This document shows positions 47,692-50,370 of a DNA stretch of 50,370 nt, piece after piece; the stretch's first letter is position 1; each line of letters begins with the position of its first letter. The notes below the pieces were generated by a model. It had not been told where the DNA came from, did no database searches, and saw only the letters and a program-made list of their open reading frames with translations. Both the position numbers and the translations under genes were made by a program. The DNA lies in IMG/VR virus record IMGVR_UViG_3300025096_000031, positions 1 through 50,370 of that record. One strand, 5' to 3'. This DNA comes from a virus (Duplodnaviria > Caudoviricetes).

Positions 47692-49407
47692 ATGGCAAAC
47701 GAAAAAACATTAAACAGATTAGCAAATTATCAAATGGTATCTGATCTTCTTGGTACATACCTTGACTATCATCAGAAGGAAAGAGAAATGATGATGAAGT
47801 ATGGTGAATCAGGCGACGATACCGAAAGAAGAATCATTAAAGAAGGTGGTGTTAATTATTATGCAGATACAGGTGATAGTGTCCTGGGTTTAGATGTGCC
47901 GACAGATGCTGAAGGAAAGAGAGAATTATATCAATGGGAAGATCCTACAAGTGGAAAAGTTAAGACAGGTACTTATGTAGAGGCAGAGGCTGCGGAGGCA
48001 TTAGGGGCATCTTATTTTAAAATGGGTACATTTAGTCAATCAGGTAGTGGAACAGATGGTGGAGATCCTGACTTATATCAATGGAAAAAGGCTGATGGTA
48101 CATTTGGACAAGGAACATATAAAGAGGCAAAGGATTCAGGATTCTCATATGTAAAAATGCCAACAGGATTTGCCCAGGATAATAATGCTGCAGGTGAGCA
48201 GATATATTCCTGGTATGATACATCTGTCCCAGGTGTGAAGGAATACAAGACAGGTACTTATGATGAGGCGAAAGCAAGTGGTTTCCATTTCGGGAAATTG
48301 TCCACTACGCCGCAGCCGAAGGATAGAAAGATATTCCACCAGGGCGGCATTGCATATTACGAAGATACTAAAAAACCTGTATTGGATAATGTCACTAATC
48401 TTGGGGCTAAAGGTGACAATAAGGGTGTTAATTTTGATCTGAAGAATGGGAAAATGATGTATTATTCCAAAGATGATCCAACCACTTTAAAAGTAATGGA
48501 TATTCCTGGATGGTCCCAATCAGCAAGTAAGGTAAATACACAAGTGGTAAAAGATGGTCGTAATTATCGGATAATAAACAAAGACACAGGTGATGTCATA
48601 CACGAAGGGGCATTCCCAGGTACTGCAGGAACAACACACGCAGACCGAAAACAACAAACGAAAGATAGTATTTCTGATTTTGCAACAATGTATAATATGA
48701 AGGATGCTCCAGAGATAGCAGAATTATACAAACTTGTTGATGCTGACGAAGATATAACAGAGAAGGACGAAGAACGGTTTGGGAGTATATTGGACGATAT
48801 GGTGTCCAGAAAATCTGACCAAGTAAAGGAAACAAGGAAAAATACACAATCAAATTATGGCAAATTTATAAACCAGGGCTTGATGGATAAGTTTGGACCA
48901 GGTCAAGGTGGAACTGTTCAGAGTTTCTCTATCCCTGGCGCTGATGTTGATTTCACTATGTCTACCAAGCGAGGTGCAGAATGGGATCCAACCAGGGCGG
49001 CAGGTGTCTTGGCAAGGATAAAAGGATTCCAGAAAATAGCAGGTACAAATTTGGGGCAAATAACCCAGGAAGAAGGCGGCGCTCTTATAGCGGATGTCTT
49101 TGTTGCAAAGCATACAGATTATGGGAGTGTAAAAGGCGGATATAAATTAAAAGGCAATACAATGACGACAGGAGTTGGTAAAGATAAAAGAGAAACTCAA
49201 GTCACGCCAATAGATGATGCCTTTGGTAATAAATACGCATATGGTCCAAATAAAGAATTGTTTTATTATGATGAAGATAATGGTGGTGTGTATAGGAAAG
49301 TAAAAGGGAAACACGCACAATACACCATTGAAAATGGTAATATAGTCACGGGCAATCTCTCCAAATGGTATATGGGTGAAGTGGAAAAATATAAGTTTAT
49401 AGACTAA
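47692..49407 (+). CDS. Putative ejection protein with internal repeats
   Basis: 3x YxW...GTY.EA...G repeats; position before the giant protein. Confidence 0.55.
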   Translation: MANEKTLNRLANYQMVSDLLGTYLDYHQKEREMMMKYGESGDDTERRIIKEGGVNYYADTGDSVLGLDVPTDAEGKRELYQWEDPTSGKVKTGTYVEAEAAEALGASYFKMGTFSQSGSGTDGGDPDLYQWKKADGTFGQGTYKEAKDSGFSYVKMPTGFAQDNNAAGEQIYSWYDTSVPGVKEYKTGTYDEAKASGFHFGKLSTTPQPKDRKIFHQGGIAYYEDTKKPVLDNVTNLGAKGDNKGVNFDLKNGKMMYYSKDDPTTLKVMDIPGWSQSASKVNTQVVKDGRNYRIINKDTGDVIHEGAFPGTAGTTHADRKQQTKDSISDFATMYNMKDAPEIAELYKLVDADEDITEKDEERFGSILDDMVSRKSDQVKETRKNTQSNYGKFINQGLMDKFGPGQGGTVQSFSIPGADVDFTMSTKRGAEWDPTRAAGVLARIKGFQKIAGTNLGQITQEEGGALIADVFVAKHTDYGSVKGGYKLKGNTMTTGVGKDKRETQVTPIDDAFGNKYAYGPNKELFYYDEDNGGVYRKVKGKHAQYTIENGNIVTGNLSKWYMGEVEKYKFID

Positions 49408-50370
49408 TGCAAAGATTCGGAGTACCACAAACAAAAATAGATAGTGTACTTGCTCCTGGTAAGGAAGAGGAGAAAAAGCAAGGTGTCTTCAGGTTCGGTG
49501 TAGATCCTGCTGAACTTAAAACTCCTGTTAATGGCGATGGTGAACAGATCCAAGAAAGCATACCTGGTGAAGGTGCAAGTATTGATACTGTTATAGCGGA
49601 CCAGGCAGCGCAGCAGACGATAGACCAGGACTATGAGAATAGTAAGATTACTTCGACGCCTGATCAGGATCTCCCCATTACAGAAACGGAGGGTAAAAGT
49701 TCGGACCTATCAAATGATCTATTAAATAAGACTCCAGATCAACTGATGGATGATGAGATAAACACATTGACAGATGATGAAGAGTTTAATGTATGGTACC
49801 AGGGATGGCAGAATCAGATAAACGAGCATTATAAGAACAGAGATATTAGGGGCGAAGATGGATCCTTATTCCAAATGGGTGGACCAGACAATAAGATGGC
49901 TCCATACCCTTCAGAACCTAATAATATGATTAAGGCATATGATTACAAAGCCGCATATAAAGACGGGGTAGAACCTTCCCTACAAAAACATAAAGATGGT
50001 AGGCATTTTTGGCATTGGCCAAGCAAGTACAAAGATAAGGATCACCCTAATAGGTATGTAAGTACAGATAGTTATCTAAATGCATACGCACCAGGTATGT
50101 TAGGTGATCAGAAGATCCCAACAAAAATTAAGAAAATGTTATATGATATCCACCAGGAAACAGGTGGAAAGATGGATGAAACAGAAAGAAATACTGTGGC
50201 CTATAAGTGGTTACAGGCCAATGGAGTAGATCCTAAAACATATGATCCTAATTATAAAGCACCCGTTGGATATAAGACAAGTGAGTATGCTGCTGCGGTC
50301 CGTAAATGGCGTCCTGTAAATAGAGATAATACTCTATTGGATGATTATACCCCTGAAATGGAAGAAGAGT
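49407..50370 (+). CDS. 5' part of the giant polyvalent protein (continues at position 144 after the repeat)
   Basis: ATG 49407 (TAATG overlap); frame read by hand has no stop and is in frame with 110-8272. Confidence 0.9.
   Translation, partial: MQRFGVPQTKIDSVLAPGKEEEKKQGVFRFGVDPAELKTPVNGDGEQIQESIPGEGASIDTVIADQAAQQTIDQDYENSKITSTPDQDLPITETEGKSSDLSNDLLNKTPDQLMDDEINTLTDDEEFNVWYQGWQNQINEHYKNRDIRGEDGSLFQMGGPDNKMAPYPSEPNNMIKAYDYKAAYKDGVEPSLQKHKDGRHFWHWPSKYKDKDHPNRYVSTDSYLNAYAPGMLGDQKIPTKIKKMLYDIHQETGGKMDETERNTVAYKWLQANGVDPKTYDPNYKAPVGYKTSEYAAAVRKWRPVNRDNTLLDDYTPEMEEE
50228..50370. repeat. Terminal direct repeat, right copy
   Basis: Matches 1-143 with one mismatch. Confidence 0.97.

Noticed and set aside
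1-50370. Stop-codon reassignment
   Set aside because: Genes are full-length and tightly packed under the standard code; TAA, TAG and TGA all end genes

Overview
The window is an apparently complete, circularly assembled tailed-phage genome of about 50,227 bp. Bases 1-143 repeat at 50228-50370 with one synonymous mismatch. The gene set points to a podovirus-like virion, with no tail-tube or tape-measure gene recognisable. (1) Rightward late module, ~19.3 kb through the junction to ~9.2 kb: TerS-like protein, accessory virion proteins, holin-like peptides, TerL, portal, scaffold, major capsid, adaptors, a SET-domain protein, split tail-nozzle-like genes, fibres, ejection-like proteins, a ~3030-aa polyvalent protein spanning the junction, and a GH24 lysozyme. 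(2) Lambdoid-style recombination/replication module at 9.2-15 kb: HTH, YqaJ exonuclease, Bet, initiator-like protein, RusA. (3) Leftward, GC-richer early-type module at 14.9-18.6 kb including a Gp88-like protein. I recognised no integrase, repressor, DNA polymerase, DNA methyltransferase, tRNA or CRISPR array. The most unusual observations are these. An adaptor-like virion protein has 9 Pro-rich 16-aa repeats length-matched to 9 helical 32-aa repeats, suggesting a streptococcal Antigen I/II-like alpha/PPII hybrid stalk. Two non-coding islands are packed with CCWGG/GATC/GGCC motifs, in a genome that appears to avoid CCGG, AGCT, CATG, CTAG and ACGT. A tail-nozzle-like gene is interrupted by a Gly-linker/CWVA domain and a nucleotidyltransferase-like domain. 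All protein calls come from motif recognition by eye; no database searches were run.
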